Notes: generated by a model not told the origin, from the sequence alone. Shown: positions 54,584 to 63,575, counted from the stretch's first letter. The stretch is DNA of 64,000 nt from Bacteroidaceae bacterium (GCA_017645655.1 JAGCNZ010000096.1:24187-88186), one strand, 5' to 3'. Program-made: numbers and translations.

Positions 54584-55936
54584 ATGAGTAGGCTTATTCG
54601 AATTGCCCTGTTGTGCTTCCTGCCGCTATATGCTTTGACGGCTCACTGCCAGGGCGACATGACGCGCGAAGTGTCAGCTGACACCGTGATGTGGCCCGTG
54701 CCGCAACTCGACCCGAGCTGGATGCTGGAGTATTTGCCTCACAACAACGCCAACCACAATGTCTATGTCTATAAGGACAAGCTTTACGACGACCTCTTTA
54801 CTCGCACCAAGGGATGGAACGGCGGCGATGGTGTACAGACGACGGCATTGCCTGGAGGCAACGTCTTCTGGAGCTTCAACGATAGCTTCTATGGTGTCGC
54901 GACGGGTAAGCCAACCAGGATTCGCAAGTCGTGCAACTTCCCTCGCAACAGCATCATGGTGCAAACGCCGGGCGACGACGGATTGCCGGGCACGAAGACG
55001 AGCAACTTCAAATGGCTTGCCGACTGGGTGCAGCGCTCGAGCGCTTCGTCGAGTGGCTACTACCATGCCCGCACACACCTCCGTCACCCGAAAGGTGAGA
55101 AGACGGAGGCGCAGATCAGGAGTGGCGAGACTGACCAGACATACCTCTATTGGGCAGGAGACGGTACGGTGGTGGACGGCCAATTGCAAGTCCTATGGGC
55201 AGGTGTCTATAATGGTTCCGAGAACCTCATGCAGAGCGACAACAGGGCTCTGGCTATCTACTCGCTTGAGGGCACGCCGGGTAGCTCGACATATCTCCAG
55301 TTGTTGAGTGTCGACCATGACTTCTTCGCGCAGGACCCGATTGGATACGGGCAGACGCTCTGGGAAGACGAGGACGGTCACACCTACCTCTATGCCTGCA
55401 ATCAGTTCAAGAAGAACCCTGAGGACGTGCTGAACACATCTTCGCCGGTTGTTGCCCGCTCCGCCACGCACGACCTTCGCTCTGCTTGGGAATACTATGT
55501 TGCCGATGCCAACGGAACCTTCCACTGGCAGAGCACTTATCCGACAAGTGCGGAGGTGAACCGCTCGGCCATCACCTCGCGCAGCGTTTCGACTGCCTGG
55601 GTCTTCAAGGACGGCGATTGGTACTACATGACTGCACAGGGCTATGTCTTTTCCAAACAGCTTTACATCATGCGAAGCCGCTACCCATGGGGACCTTTCG
55701 AGGAGTGCCATCAGCTCTGGACTATGCCGTGGGTGCTCGACAAGACGGGCGTAAGGACGTACGGCAAGTTCTATATGCCGCACCTCCATCAGTCGCTGTC
55801 ACGTCAGGGTGAGCTCGTCTTTTCCACCAATACTGACTGCGAGAACTGGAACGACAACTTCAATTCGAACGGCTCGGCCGACTTCTACCGGCCTTACTTC
55901 TTCCGCATCTACAACTGGAAGGCCATTTTCGAGTGA
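54584..55936 (+). CDS. Secreted DUF4185/DUF5005-like beta-propeller protein (putative glycoside hydrolase)
   Basis: 450 aa with a signal peptide. TKGWNGGDGVQTTALPGGNVFWSFNDSFYG resembles the DUF4185 N-terminal signature. The assignment is from memory of that motif. Confidence 0.45.
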   Translation: MSRLIRIALLCFLPLYALTAHCQGDMTREVSADTVMWPVPQLDPSWMLEYLPHNNANHNVYVYKDKLYDDLFTRTKGWNGGDGVQTTALPGGNVFWSFNDSFYGVATGKPTRIRKSCNFPRNSIMVQTPGDDGLPGTKTSNFKWLADWVQRSSASSSGYYHARTHLRHPKGEKTEAQIRSGETDQTYLYWAGDGTVVDGQLQVLWAGVYNGSENLMQSDNRALAIYSLEGTPGSSTYLQLLSVDHDFFAQDPIGYGQTLWEDEDGHTYLYACNQFKKNPEDVLNTSSPVVARSATHDLRSAWEYYVADANGTFHWQSTYPTSAEVNRSAITSRSVSTAWVFKDGDWYYMTAQGYVFSKQLYIMRSRYPWGPFEECHQLWTMPWVLDKTGVRTYGKFYMPHLHQSLSRQGELVFSTNTDCENWNDNFNSNGSADFYRPYFFRIYNWKAIFE

Positions 55937-55970
55937 ATGGCGACCGACGTCTGGTAAATGTAAATTGAGT

Positions 55971-56801
55971 ATGAACATGTCAAGATTTCTTCGTCACAAT
56001 ACCTTAAGCATCTGCACTCTGCTGGCTGCATTCTGTTGCGTGTTGAGTTCCTGCTACAAACTCATCTCCACCTTTGCCCCGGAGGAAGTGGCGCCAGGGC
56101 AGACGTTCGAGGTTAGCTTCACTGTCGTCGATGATGGTTCTGACACGCAGAACTTTGTGACGGACTGGAGCTATGCAGGCATCAGGGTGCCCAATGGCTG
56201 GACGGTGACCGTGCCAGCGGGAGCGCACAGGCAGTTCGCGGAGGATTGGGTCTACTATCAGGACGGCTCTCAGGTCAATAGTTCTCATGACATGGAGCCT
56301 TGCGCGAAGCTTACCCAGTTCTATAATTCCGCCTGTCCCAGGTCGGGTTATACGTGGTCGGGCTTCAAAAGCGTGACCAAGATACCGAAGAACATCTCTG
56401 CCTGCTGGCGGAACGGATGTGACAGCATCCGCATCACGTTCCTCATCACTGTGCCCGAGGACGCCAATCCTGGCCGCTATCACATCGACTTCATGGGGGG
56501 CGACGAAGAGGACGACGCAGGTATCGACAAGTACAGCAACCTTTCGTCTGCCAAGGATTCGCGTCTTTTCCACGTCGGCACCGCCAGCGGCTCCTACGTA
56601 GACAACCGCAATGCAGCCCTTGCTCGCACAGTCGTCGTGACCGACGCGACAGGCCTGAAGGATGTTCGGAATATGGAATTGTCTGACGCAAAGCAACTTA
56701 AAGATGGCAGAGGTCGCATTTATGACCTCTCCGGCCGGCGTGTCTCGGCAAGACAGGAAGGCATAGTCATCGAAAACGGTAAAAAGAAATACAAGCAATG
56801 A
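55971..56801 (+). CDS. Hypothetical surface protein with lipobox-type signal and T9SS C-terminal sorting domain
   Basis: MNMSRFLRHNTLSICTLLAAFCCVLSSC. The C-terminus GRIYDLSGRRVSARQEGIVIENGKKKYKQ. ATG 55971 was chosen; the longer track ORF overlaps the previous gene. Confidence 0.5.
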   Translation: MNMSRFLRHNTLSICTLLAAFCCVLSSCYKLISTFAPEEVAPGQTFEVSFTVVDDGSDTQNFVTDWSYAGIRVPNGWTVTVPAGAHRQFAEDWVYYQDGSQVNSSHDMEPCAKLTQFYNSACPRSGYTWSGFKSVTKIPKNISACWRNGCDSIRITFLITVPEDANPGRYHIDFMGGDEEDDAGIDKYSNLSSAKDSRLFHVGTASGSYVDNRNAALARTVVVTDATGLKDVRNMELSDAKQLKDGRGRIYDLSGRRVSARQEGIVIENGKKKYKQ

Positions 56802-57682
56802 AAGCGTTTCTCGTCATGCTCCTATGCCTGCCTGCTTACTCGCAAAGCATGGTGGTAAACACCACTTCGGGCAGTTCGACACCCTATCCGATACGTCAGG
56901 TGGAGCCCCTCACCTTTACCGACGAAACCGTAGAACCCGTTCCGCCATCGGCCAAGATACAGATGAAGCGCAGCATCGTCTTCCTCGGCCACAGCATTTG
57001 GCGCAACGATAACTACTTCGTGAGGTACCAGAACTCGGGTACTTTCGTGACCCCCTTCACTGGCACCTTCAAGGGGAGAGGCTATCAGACGCTGCTCCAG
57101 GAGGTCTTCGACTTTCCCGCCGTCTATTCGCCAGGCCCGGATGGAGGCTATAGTGGCTATTCCCTGGGCGGCACCAGCGCTACCGACGACAAGAGCATCG
57201 CCGTAGTAGCCCAGCAGTCGGACAACGGCTGGCCGAGCATCCAGAACGCCATCTGGACGATAGACTTCATTACAAACGACTTCAAGCGGAACGTTCCCCT
57301 CGGCACTTACGCAGACTACAAGAGCGCGACAGGCCCGTCAACATTCTACGGAGCGGTGCGTCAGTTGTACGACAAGATTAAGGAACTTTCCGGAAGCGAC
57401 GTCATCATCGTCTTCAGCAACGCCACTAAGCGCAACAACTCGAACTATACCAGCACCAGCCAGAACACTGTTGGGTGCACGCTTGCCGACTATGAATTGG
57501 CCTTGCTGACCTGCGCCGCGGCAAACACTAACTGGTATTTCGTGGACCAGAACCGTCTTTCGGGCATCACCGACGAGAACCTCCCCGCCGTGACAGCCGA
57601 TGGTCTTCACCTCAACAACCTCGGCTACAAGATGGCCGTCCAACCCTGGATAGCCGTCCTGCGAACGCTGTCCGATAAATGA
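56798..57682 (+). CDS. SGNH/GDSL-type hydrolase
   Basis: Its ATG overlaps the previous stop as ATGA. It has a signal peptide, FLGHSIW, TNDF and DGLHLNNLGY. Confidence 0.65.
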   Translation: MKAFLVMLLCLPAYSQSMVVNTTSGSSTPYPIRQVEPLTFTDETVEPVPPSAKIQMKRSIVFLGHSIWRNDNYFVRYQNSGTFVTPFTGTFKGRGYQTLLQEVFDFPAVYSPGPDGGYSGYSLGGTSATDDKSIAVVAQQSDNGWPSIQNAIWTIDFITNDFKRNVPLGTYADYKSATGPSTFYGAVRQLYDKIKELSGSDVIIVFSNATKRNNSNYTSTSQNTVGCTLADYELALLTCAAANTNWYFVDQNRLSGITDENLPAVTADGLHLNNLGYKMAVQPWIAVLRTLSDK

Positions 57683-57705
57683 TGTCGAGGCTGAGTTATA
57701 GACAC

Positions 57706-57798
57706 AACGTGCCATGATGCCAAACGTCACGTGGGTAAAATGAAATTATCACGTGTAATATTTCAAATATCACGTGGGTAAAATTGAATTATCACGTG
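57706..57798. repeat. CACGTG-core phased repeat array, locus A7 (inverted relative to A8 and A9)
   Basis: Cores AACGTG 57706, then CACGTG at 57728, 57750, 57771 and 57793. Spacing 22/22/21/22. Confidence 0.85.
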
Positions 57799-57978
57799 GG
57801 CTCTTTTCAGGCCTCACTGCAAGTGTCAGTCGTGATGCCGTTCTGTTAACTACTAATAAACGGCGGGCTTAAACTAAATAAATATGTTAAAAGGTGGTGC
57901 TTGGCGCTGCCTTTTTTTGTTTTTCTCTTGTCGGGGTTGCATAAAGTCCGTTCCTTTGCAGATGAAAAAGCGAATGTT

Positions 57979-58365
57979 ATGAACGAGAAGAAGACTATGA
58001 AACCGCTCACACGCGCTGAGATGGAGGTGATGAACGTACTTTGGGATGCCGATCATGCCCTTACGGTTAATGAGATTGTGGATGCCTATTCCGAGCCCAA
58101 GCCTGCCTACACGACTGTTGCAACCTTCCTGAAAATCCTGGAGGCGAAGGGCTACGTGGAGCACAAGCGCAGGGAGGAGACGGGGCGTACCTTTTACTTT
58201 TCGCCCATGCTCTCGCGCGAGAAATACATCGCCCATGTGGTGAACGATGTGAAAGACACGCTTTTCGGCAGTTCGACTAAGAGTTTCTGCTCTTTCCTCA
58301 TACAGAATGAGGAGCTTTCGGACGAGGAATTGCAGGAGATACTCTCTTTGATTCACAATTCTTAA
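57979..58365 (+). CDS. blaI: BlaI/MecI/CopY family transcriptional repressor
   Basis: Winged-helix MKPLTRAEMEVMNVLW...TVNEIV...YTTVATFLKILEAKGYV. ATG 57979 is preferred over TTG 57901. Confidence 0.8.
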   Translation: MNEKKTMKPLTRAEMEVMNVLWDADHALTVNEIVDAYSEPKPAYTTVATFLKILEAKGYVEHKRREETGRTFYFSPMLSREKYIAHVVNDVKDTLFGSSTKSFCSFLIQNEELSDEELQEILSLIHNS

Positions 58366-58385
58366 TCCGCAAATAACAGTTAACC

Positions 58386-60065
58386 ATGTTGGCTTACATT
58401 ATAAAATCTGCGTTGCTGCTGGCAATCCTTTACGGGAGTTTTGCCCTGTTGTTGAGTCGTGAGACGTTCCATCGCTTCAACAGAATCGCTCTGCTTGGCG
58501 TGCTTGTGGCTTCGTTGGTGCTGCCTTTTATTCAGCTGACGATACAGAAGCCGGAGTTCCTCAGCTATGATGAAGTCCCCATGCAGGACGCTTTTGTCCG
58601 GTCGGACATACTTTACGAAGAGGAATATGACGTTCCCCAACTCGCAGAACTACCAGAGAGGGTAAGCACGTCGGAACAAGATTGTCCTTTCGCTCCTCCT
58701 TTGGAGGGGATGGTGGAGGCAGTCTATCTTCTCGGCGTCTTTGCTTCCCTCGCCATCTTCTTCGTGCAGCTCTTCCGTCTTTGGCAAGAGACGAGGGGCG
58801 GCGTGCATGCGAAAGACGAGCTGGGCAACACGGTTGTCATTCGTGGAGGCAACTTCGCGCCTTACAGTTTCCTACATTATATAATAATAAATGCTTCGGA
58901 CTACGAGCACCTGCGGCAGCCCATCTTGGCTCACGAGCAAGCTCACATCCGTCTCGGACACACGTATGACCTGCTTCTCTTGGAACTCGTGAAGGCCGTC
59001 CAATGGTTCAATCCCTTCGTCTATCTCTTGGGGCGCGACCTGAAAGCCGTGCATGAATACGAGGCCGACGACGCTGTACTTTCCTTTGGCATCGATGCAA
59101 AGACATATCAACTCTTACTCGTGACGAAAGCTGTGGGCAGCCGACTGCAGACGGTCTGCAATAGTCTCAGTCACCATTCACTTAAGAAAAGAATCAAGAT
59201 GATGCACAAAAACAATTCCAACCGCTGGCTGATGGGCAAAGCACTCATCCTGCCGGCTCTCATGGCGCTGGCCTTAGTTGCATGGGCCAAACCAATATCC
59301 GCTGATTCCCCAAAGGAGAGAACTGCCGAGACTATTACTGAAGTAAGCGACCAAGTACAGGACGACAAGCCCGTCACAGTAGCTGTGCCTGGAATGGGAC
59401 TTGTTACGACCGATGAGGTACAAGGCATCTCGAAGAAGAAAATGCTGAACGCCTTTATCCCAAAGGATAATGCAAAAGACTTTATCAAGAAGCACGGGCC
59501 GGCAATTACAGTCTCGTGGCTGAAAGGCACCTGGGTAGTGAAAGGCGACAACTCCTTCGTAGAAGAGCATCCCGATTGCGGCTATCCAATGGCGTTTCAT
59601 ACGAATTTCTATAAAGTCATGCTCGACGGCAAGGAACTCGACATCAACAATCTGCCGGATCTGCCTGCTTCGGCGCTGAAGAAGGTGGAGATGCACTTCA
59701 AGGAAGGCAGTGGAACGGTCAACCTCATCACGAAGCCCGTGCAGATTCCTGCTGGCGTGAAGGGCAACATCAACCCCGAGCTGACCATCCTCTTGACTGG
59801 AACACCTCCGAAGGACAGTGGCGCAAAGACAACTATCTGGGAAAGGCGGGGCAACTTCGATGGCTTCAGCTGGAAGAACTACACTATCTGCTCGTGGAAA
59901 TGGGACGTCGACGACATCAGCGTTCACCTGAAGGAAGTCGCCATCCGCAAGGACCACAGCGTTCGTATCAACGTCTGCAAGGGCGTTCCGCAAGGCCACA
60001 TCGACCGCATCAAAGGCATTATGAACGAATGCAGCGTGACGAACTACAGGTTTGTCAGGCAGTAG
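58386..60065 (+). CDS. blaR1: BlaR1/MecR1-like M56 peptidase-domain membrane sensor with an unassigned C-terminal domain
   Basis: 559 aa with N-terminal TM helices. Zinc motif LAHEQAHIRLGH, followed by EYEADD. The C-terminal residues from about 290 to 559 show no motif I recognise. Confidence 0.8.
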   Translation: MLAYIIKSALLLAILYGSFALLLSRETFHRFNRIALLGVLVASLVLPFIQLTIQKPEFLSYDEVPMQDAFVRSDILYEEEYDVPQLAELPERVSTSEQDCPFAPPLEGMVEAVYLLGVFASLAIFFVQLFRLWQETRGGVHAKDELGNTVVIRGGNFAPYSFLHYIIINASDYEHLRQPILAHEQAHIRLGHTYDLLLLELVKAVQWFNPFVYLLGRDLKAVHEYEADDAVLSFGIDAKTYQLLLVTKAVGSRLQTVCNSLSHHSLKKRIKMMHKNNSNRWLMGKALILPALMALALVAWAKPISADSPKERTAETITEVSDQVQDDKPVTVAVPGMGLVTTDEVQGISKKKMLNAFIPKDNAKDFIKKHGPAITVSWLKGTWVVKGDNSFVEEHPDCGYPMAFHTNFYKVMLDGKELDINNLPDLPASALKKVEMHFKEGSGTVNLITKPVQIPAGVKGNINPELTILLTGTPPKDSGAKTTIWERRGNFDGFSWKNYTICSWKWDVDDISVHLKEVAIRKDHSVRINVCKGVPQGHIDRIKGIMNECSVTNYRFVRQ

Positions 60066-60078
60066 TCCGAAAACTATC

Positions 60079-60191
60079 CACGTGATGATTGAAATTTACC
60101 CACGTGATAAATTCATTTTACCCACGTGATATTTCAAATATTCCACGTAATAATTTCATTTTACCCACGTGACGTTTTACGTCGCGACGTG
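60079..60191. repeat. CACGTG-core phased repeat array, locus A8
   Basis: Cores CACGTG 60079, 60101 and 60123, CACGTA 60144, CACGTG 60166, then TACGTC 60178 and GACGTG 60186. Spacing 22/22/21/22. Confidence 0.85.
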
Positions 60192-60302
60192 CCTGCTGAG
60201 AATCTGCGACTTATTTAGTTTTTGGTTTATACAGTTAGTAAAGCGAGACTCAAAAGGCTTCGCCGGCTCCGATGCGCTGTGACGGTGCATCGGAACCTGC
60301 CG

Positions 60303-61604
60303 TTATTCAGAGGCCTTGCTTGCCCGGAAACCAATGCTCTCCACGGCCTGAAGGATGTCGCTCTCGCTTGCGGAGCCTGAGATGCTTGCCGTCCCGTCGT
60401 GAAGCGAAACCTCTACATGCTCCACGCCCTCAACTGCGGCAATCGCCTTCTCTACGTTCGCTGCACAGTGATTGCAGTTCATCCCCTCTACATTATATAT
60501 TATGCCAGTCGTCAGCCCTGCCTCGTGATGATGCTGATGGCGCCTCCAGGGCCAGAGAGCGCGGGCCATGAGAACGAGCAGCAAAGCCGTGCAGAGGTAG
60601 GAGAACATGCCGATGCCCGCTTCGTGGCAGGCAGCATAGTGCGCCACGGGAGCCGTGAACCATTCGCGGGGCAGCAGATAGTCGATGCCGAAACCGAAGA
60701 GGACTGCTCCCGTGATGATGGAAATCAGGTAGATAAGCATCGAGCGTTTGCCCAAGACCTTGCCCACGACCAGTATGCTGGCAGCGTTGCTTGCCGGTCC
60801 TGCCATCAGGAGAACGAGGGCGGCACCTGGTGTGAGACCCTTCAGCATCAGCGCCAAGGCAATGGGAATGCTGCCTGTGGCACAAAGATACATGGGAATG
60901 CTGAAGAGCAGCACGAAGAGAATGCTGAAGAGCGTATTGCCGTGGAAAATGGTGAACCACGAGTCGGGCACCGCTGCCGTGATGATGCCAGCCACGATAA
61001 GGCCGATTGCGAGCCACTTGCCGATGTCCTCCATCATCTCGTCAAAAGCATAGGAGAGAGCCGAAAGAAGCCTCACCCCAAACCCTCTCCGGGTAGAGGG
61101 ACTTTCTGCATAAGCATTCGCGCATCGTTCGTCCTTGCATAGAGTCGAGTTTCCCTCAAGAACAGTTGCATTCCTGCTGACTTTCTCCCCTCTCCCAGAG
61201 GGGGTGGGGGTAAAGCAATTGCAGAGAGCTCCGCCGAACACGGCAGTCAGCAGAGCTACGACGGGACGGATGATGGCAAAAGGCAACCCCATAAGGCTGT
61301 AGGTGGCAAAGATGCTGTCTACGCCCGTCTGCGGCGTGGCGATGAGGAACGAAATGGTGGCACCCTTGCTGGCACCTTCCTTGCGAATGCCCATCGCTGT
61401 CGGTATGACGCCGCAAGAGCAGAGGGGGAGGGGAACGCCAAACAGCGCGGCAAGCACTACGCTCTTGAGCGAAGGCTCGCCCAGGTACTTTGTATAGACC
61501 TTGCCGGGTATGAACTCATGCATCAGGCCTGCCAACAAAAAGCCCAGCAACAGGTAGGGCGACATTTCGCAAAGTAAAGTCCATATTTCTGATAAGATAT
61601 TCAT
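60303..61604 (-). CDS. Permease (ArsP/DUF318, SO_0444-like putative metal transporter) fused to a C-terminal HMA metal-binding domain
   Basis: 433 aa. VPLPLCSCGVIP in TM2, 8-10 TM helices, and a C-terminal IIYNVEGMNCNHCAANVEKAI (GMxCxxC ferredoxin-like HMA). Confidence 0.75.
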   Translation of the reverse strand: MNILSEIWTLLCEMSPYLLLGFLLAGLMHEFIPGKVYTKYLGEPSLKSVVLAALFGVPLPLCSCGVIPTAMGIRKEGASKGATISFLIATPQTGVDSIFATYSLMGLPFAIIRPVVALLTAVFGGALCNCFTPTPSGRGEKVSRNATVLEGNSTLCKDERCANAYAESPSTRRGFGVRLLSALSYAFDEMMEDIGKWLAIGLIVAGIITAAVPDSWFTIFHGNTLFSILFVLLFSIPMYLCATGSIPIALALMLKGLTPGAALVLLMAGPASNAASILVVGKVLGKRSMLIYLISIITGAVLFGFGIDYLLPREWFTAPVAHYAACHEAGIGMFSYLCTALLLVLMARALWPWRRHQHHHEAGLTTGIIYNVEGMNCNHCAANVEKAIAAVEGVEHVEVSLHDGTASISGSASESDILQAVESIGFRASKASE

Positions 61605-61624
61605 TGCTCTTTATAAATTTCCTG

Positions 61625-61632
61625 CAAATTTA
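61625..61632 (-). promoter_or_regulatory. -7 box (TAAATTTG on the minus strand) for the permease-HMA gene
   Basis: The plus strand reads caaattta, 21 nt upstream of ATG 61604. Confidence 0.5.
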
Positions 61633-61677
61633 CGAAGAAATTGTGAAAAATGAATTGTGAATAATGAATTATATTAG

Positions 61678-61685
61678 TACCTTTG
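61678..61685 (+). promoter_or_regulatory. -7 box (TACCTTTG) for mtnN
   Basis: Lies 24 nt upstream of ATG 61709, and inside the longer track ORF that starts at 61664. Confidence 0.5.
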
Positions 61686-61708
61686 CACCAAAATCATCAT
61701 TTATAGGT

Positions 61709-62398
61709 ATGCAAAAGACAATAGGAGTGCTTACGGCGATGAGCGTGGAGTATCGCCAAGTGGCTGCCATGCTGCAAGAAACGGAAACTATTCAAAGCGG
61801 ACCACAAGAGTTCCTTGTAGGCAAGTTAGGAGAGAGCAGGGTTGTGCTCCTGCAATGCGGCATCGGCAAAACGAATGCGGCGAGCGGCGTGACGAATCTC
61901 ATCATGACGTTCCATCCCGATTGCATCATCTCGACCGGCGTGGCTGGCGGCATCGATGCGCAGCTCGACGTGATGGACGTGGTCATAGGCCGGGAAGTGT
62001 GCTATCACGACGTATATTGCGGCGACGATTGCGACCCGGGACAAGTGCAGGGATTGCCAAGACTCTTCAGCGGCGACCCACGCCTCGTGGAGATTGCAAC
62101 CACTCTCGAGACCGATGTCCACATCGTGCCCGGACTCATCTGCACAGGCGACCAGTTCATTACGAACCGCGACGAGTTGGACGTCATCAAAGGGAAGTAT
62201 CCCCAAGGCCTTGCGGTCGACATGGAGAGTGGCGCCATTGCGCAGGTCTGCCTCCTGTGGAGCGTGCCCTTCCTCAGCTTCCGCATCATCAGCGACACGC
62301 CGGGCGTGAATGCTCACTTCAGCCAGTATCTCAACTTCTGGGACACGATGGCCGACAAGAGTTTCACTGTCACAAAGGAGTTCCTAAGCCGAATATAG
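61709..62398 (+). CDS. mtnN: 5'-methylthioadenosine/S-adenosylhomocysteine nucleosidase
   Basis: IGVLTAMSVE, CGIGKTNAA, STGVAGG and LAVDMESGAIAQV are PNP_UDP_1/Pfs motifs. Confidence 0.85.
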   Translation: MQKTIGVLTAMSVEYRQVAAMLQETETIQSGPQEFLVGKLGESRVVLLQCGIGKTNAASGVTNLIMTFHPDCIISTGVAGGIDAQLDVMDVVIGREVCYHDVYCGDDCDPGQVQGLPRLFSGDPRLVEIATTLETDVHIVPGLICTGDQFITNRDELDVIKGKYPQGLAVDMESGAIAQVCLLWSVPFLSFRIISDTPGVNAHFSQYLNFWDTMADKSFTVTKEFLSRI

Positions 62399-62436
62399 TC
62401 CTTCTCCACTGCGTGACGCAGATTAAACTTATCTGA

Positions 62437-63360
62437 ATGAGCGGCGAACTGCTTTCCCTCCTTGTTGCTGTGATGTGGACCTTCACGGCACTCTTTGCTG
62501 AGGTCGCAAGCAGACGAATGGGCACGCTTGTGCTCAACGTGTGGCGCATGCTAATCACCATCCTGCTGCTCGGCCTTGTGCTCTGGCTGACGTGTGGCAA
62601 GCCTTGGCCTCAATATGCCAGTCCCGAGGTGTGGAAATGGTTCCTGGCAAGCGGTTTCATGGGCTTCGTCTTTGGCGACTACTGCCTCTTCAATGCCTAC
62701 ATCGTGATGGGAAGCCGTTTTGGGCAGCTCTTCATGACGCTTGCCAGTCCGTTTGCCGCCATAGCAGCATGGCTTATGATGGGCGAAACGATGAGTCTGC
62801 TGGCATTGCTCGGCATGATTGTCACGCTGAGTGGCATTGGCATCTCCATCATGGGTAAAGACGACACGGGCAGCCGACACCTGAAACTCCCTCGGAAGGG
62901 ACTCCTGCTGGGCATCGGTGCGGGTATGGGACAGGGCGTTGGACTCGTCCTGAGCAAGCAAGGGCTGATGCATTATGCGGCAGAGATTCCTGCCGAGGCA
63001 ACGGATGTCGCAGCCATGATGCCCTTTGCTGGAACTCAGATACGAGCCGTGATGGGACTGGTTGGCTTCGGCGCAACGCTCCTGTTCTTGCGGAAATGGC
63101 GCAACATGCTTCGTTTCTTCACTGACCTGCGAGGCGCTGCCGCAGCAATGGGAGCCATCCTCTTAGGTCCTTTCTTCGGTGTCAGCCTCAGCCTGATGGC
63201 AGTAGGGATGACGAATGCTGGCGTTGCACAGACCCTGATGTCGCTCACCCCGATTCTCATCTTGTGGCCCTCGCGACTGATGTTCGGCACGAAGGTCAGC
63301 ATGCAGGAGGTGGTAGGAGCCGTCATTGCCGTTGCCGGAGCATCACTTTTCTTCATGTAG
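62437..63360 (+). CDS. DMT superfamily (EamA-like) transporter
   Basis: 307 aa with 10 predicted TM helices in two EamA-like halves. Confidence 0.7.
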   Translation: MSGELLSLLVAVMWTFTALFAEVASRRMGTLVLNVWRMLITILLLGLVLWLTCGKPWPQYASPEVWKWFLASGFMGFVFGDYCLFNAYIVMGSRFGQLFMTLASPFAAIAAWLMMGETMSLLALLGMIVTLSGIGISIMGKDDTGSRHLKLPRKGLLLGIGAGMGQGVGLVLSKQGLMHYAAEIPAEATDVAAMMPFAGTQIRAVMGLVGFGATLLFLRKWRNMLRFFTDLRGAAAAMGAILLGPFFGVSLSLMAVGMTNAGVAQTLMSLTPILILWPSRLMFGTKVSMQEVVGAVIAVAGASLFFM

Positions 63361-63426
63361 AGTGACGAATAAGAACTTTTTGCTAATTTTCTTATCCTCT
63401 TATTTTCTTATTCCCTTAATTTGTTG

Positions 63427-63434
63427 TATCTTTG
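63427..63434 (+). promoter_or_regulatory. -7 box (TATCTTTG) for tRNA-Ser
   Basis: Lies 18 nt upstream of the mature tRNA 5' end. Confidence 0.55.
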
Positions 63435-63451
63435 CACCCGCAATTTGAAAA

Positions 63452-63538
63452 GGAGAGATGCCAGAGTGGTCGAATGGACCGCACTCGAAATGCGGCGTAC
63501 TCTTACGGGTACCCTGGGTTCGAATCCCAGTCTCTCCG
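63452..63538 (+). tRNA. tRNA-Ser (anticodon CGA), class II with long variable arm
   Basis: Acceptor GGAGAGA/TCTCTCC plus discriminator G. Anticodon stem CCGCA/TGCGG with loop CTCGAAA. Long variable arm. T-arm CTGGG-TTCGAAT-CCCAG. No encoded CCA. Confidence 0.9.
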
Positions 63539-63543
63539 CACGG

Positions 63544-63575
63544 AAGGCAACCGAGTTGGTTGCCTTCTTGCTTTG
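63544..63575 (+). terminator. Rho-independent terminator after tRNA-Ser
   Basis: Stem aaggcaacc / ggttgcctt, followed by cttgctttg. Confidence 0.55.

Noticed and set aside
57706-60191. CRISPR interpretation of the CACGTG arrays.
   Set aside because: The units are 21-22 bp and directly abutting, with no unique spacers of 25-40 bp. The arrays are short (4-7 units) and degenerate at the edges. No cas genes or leader-like organisation were seen.
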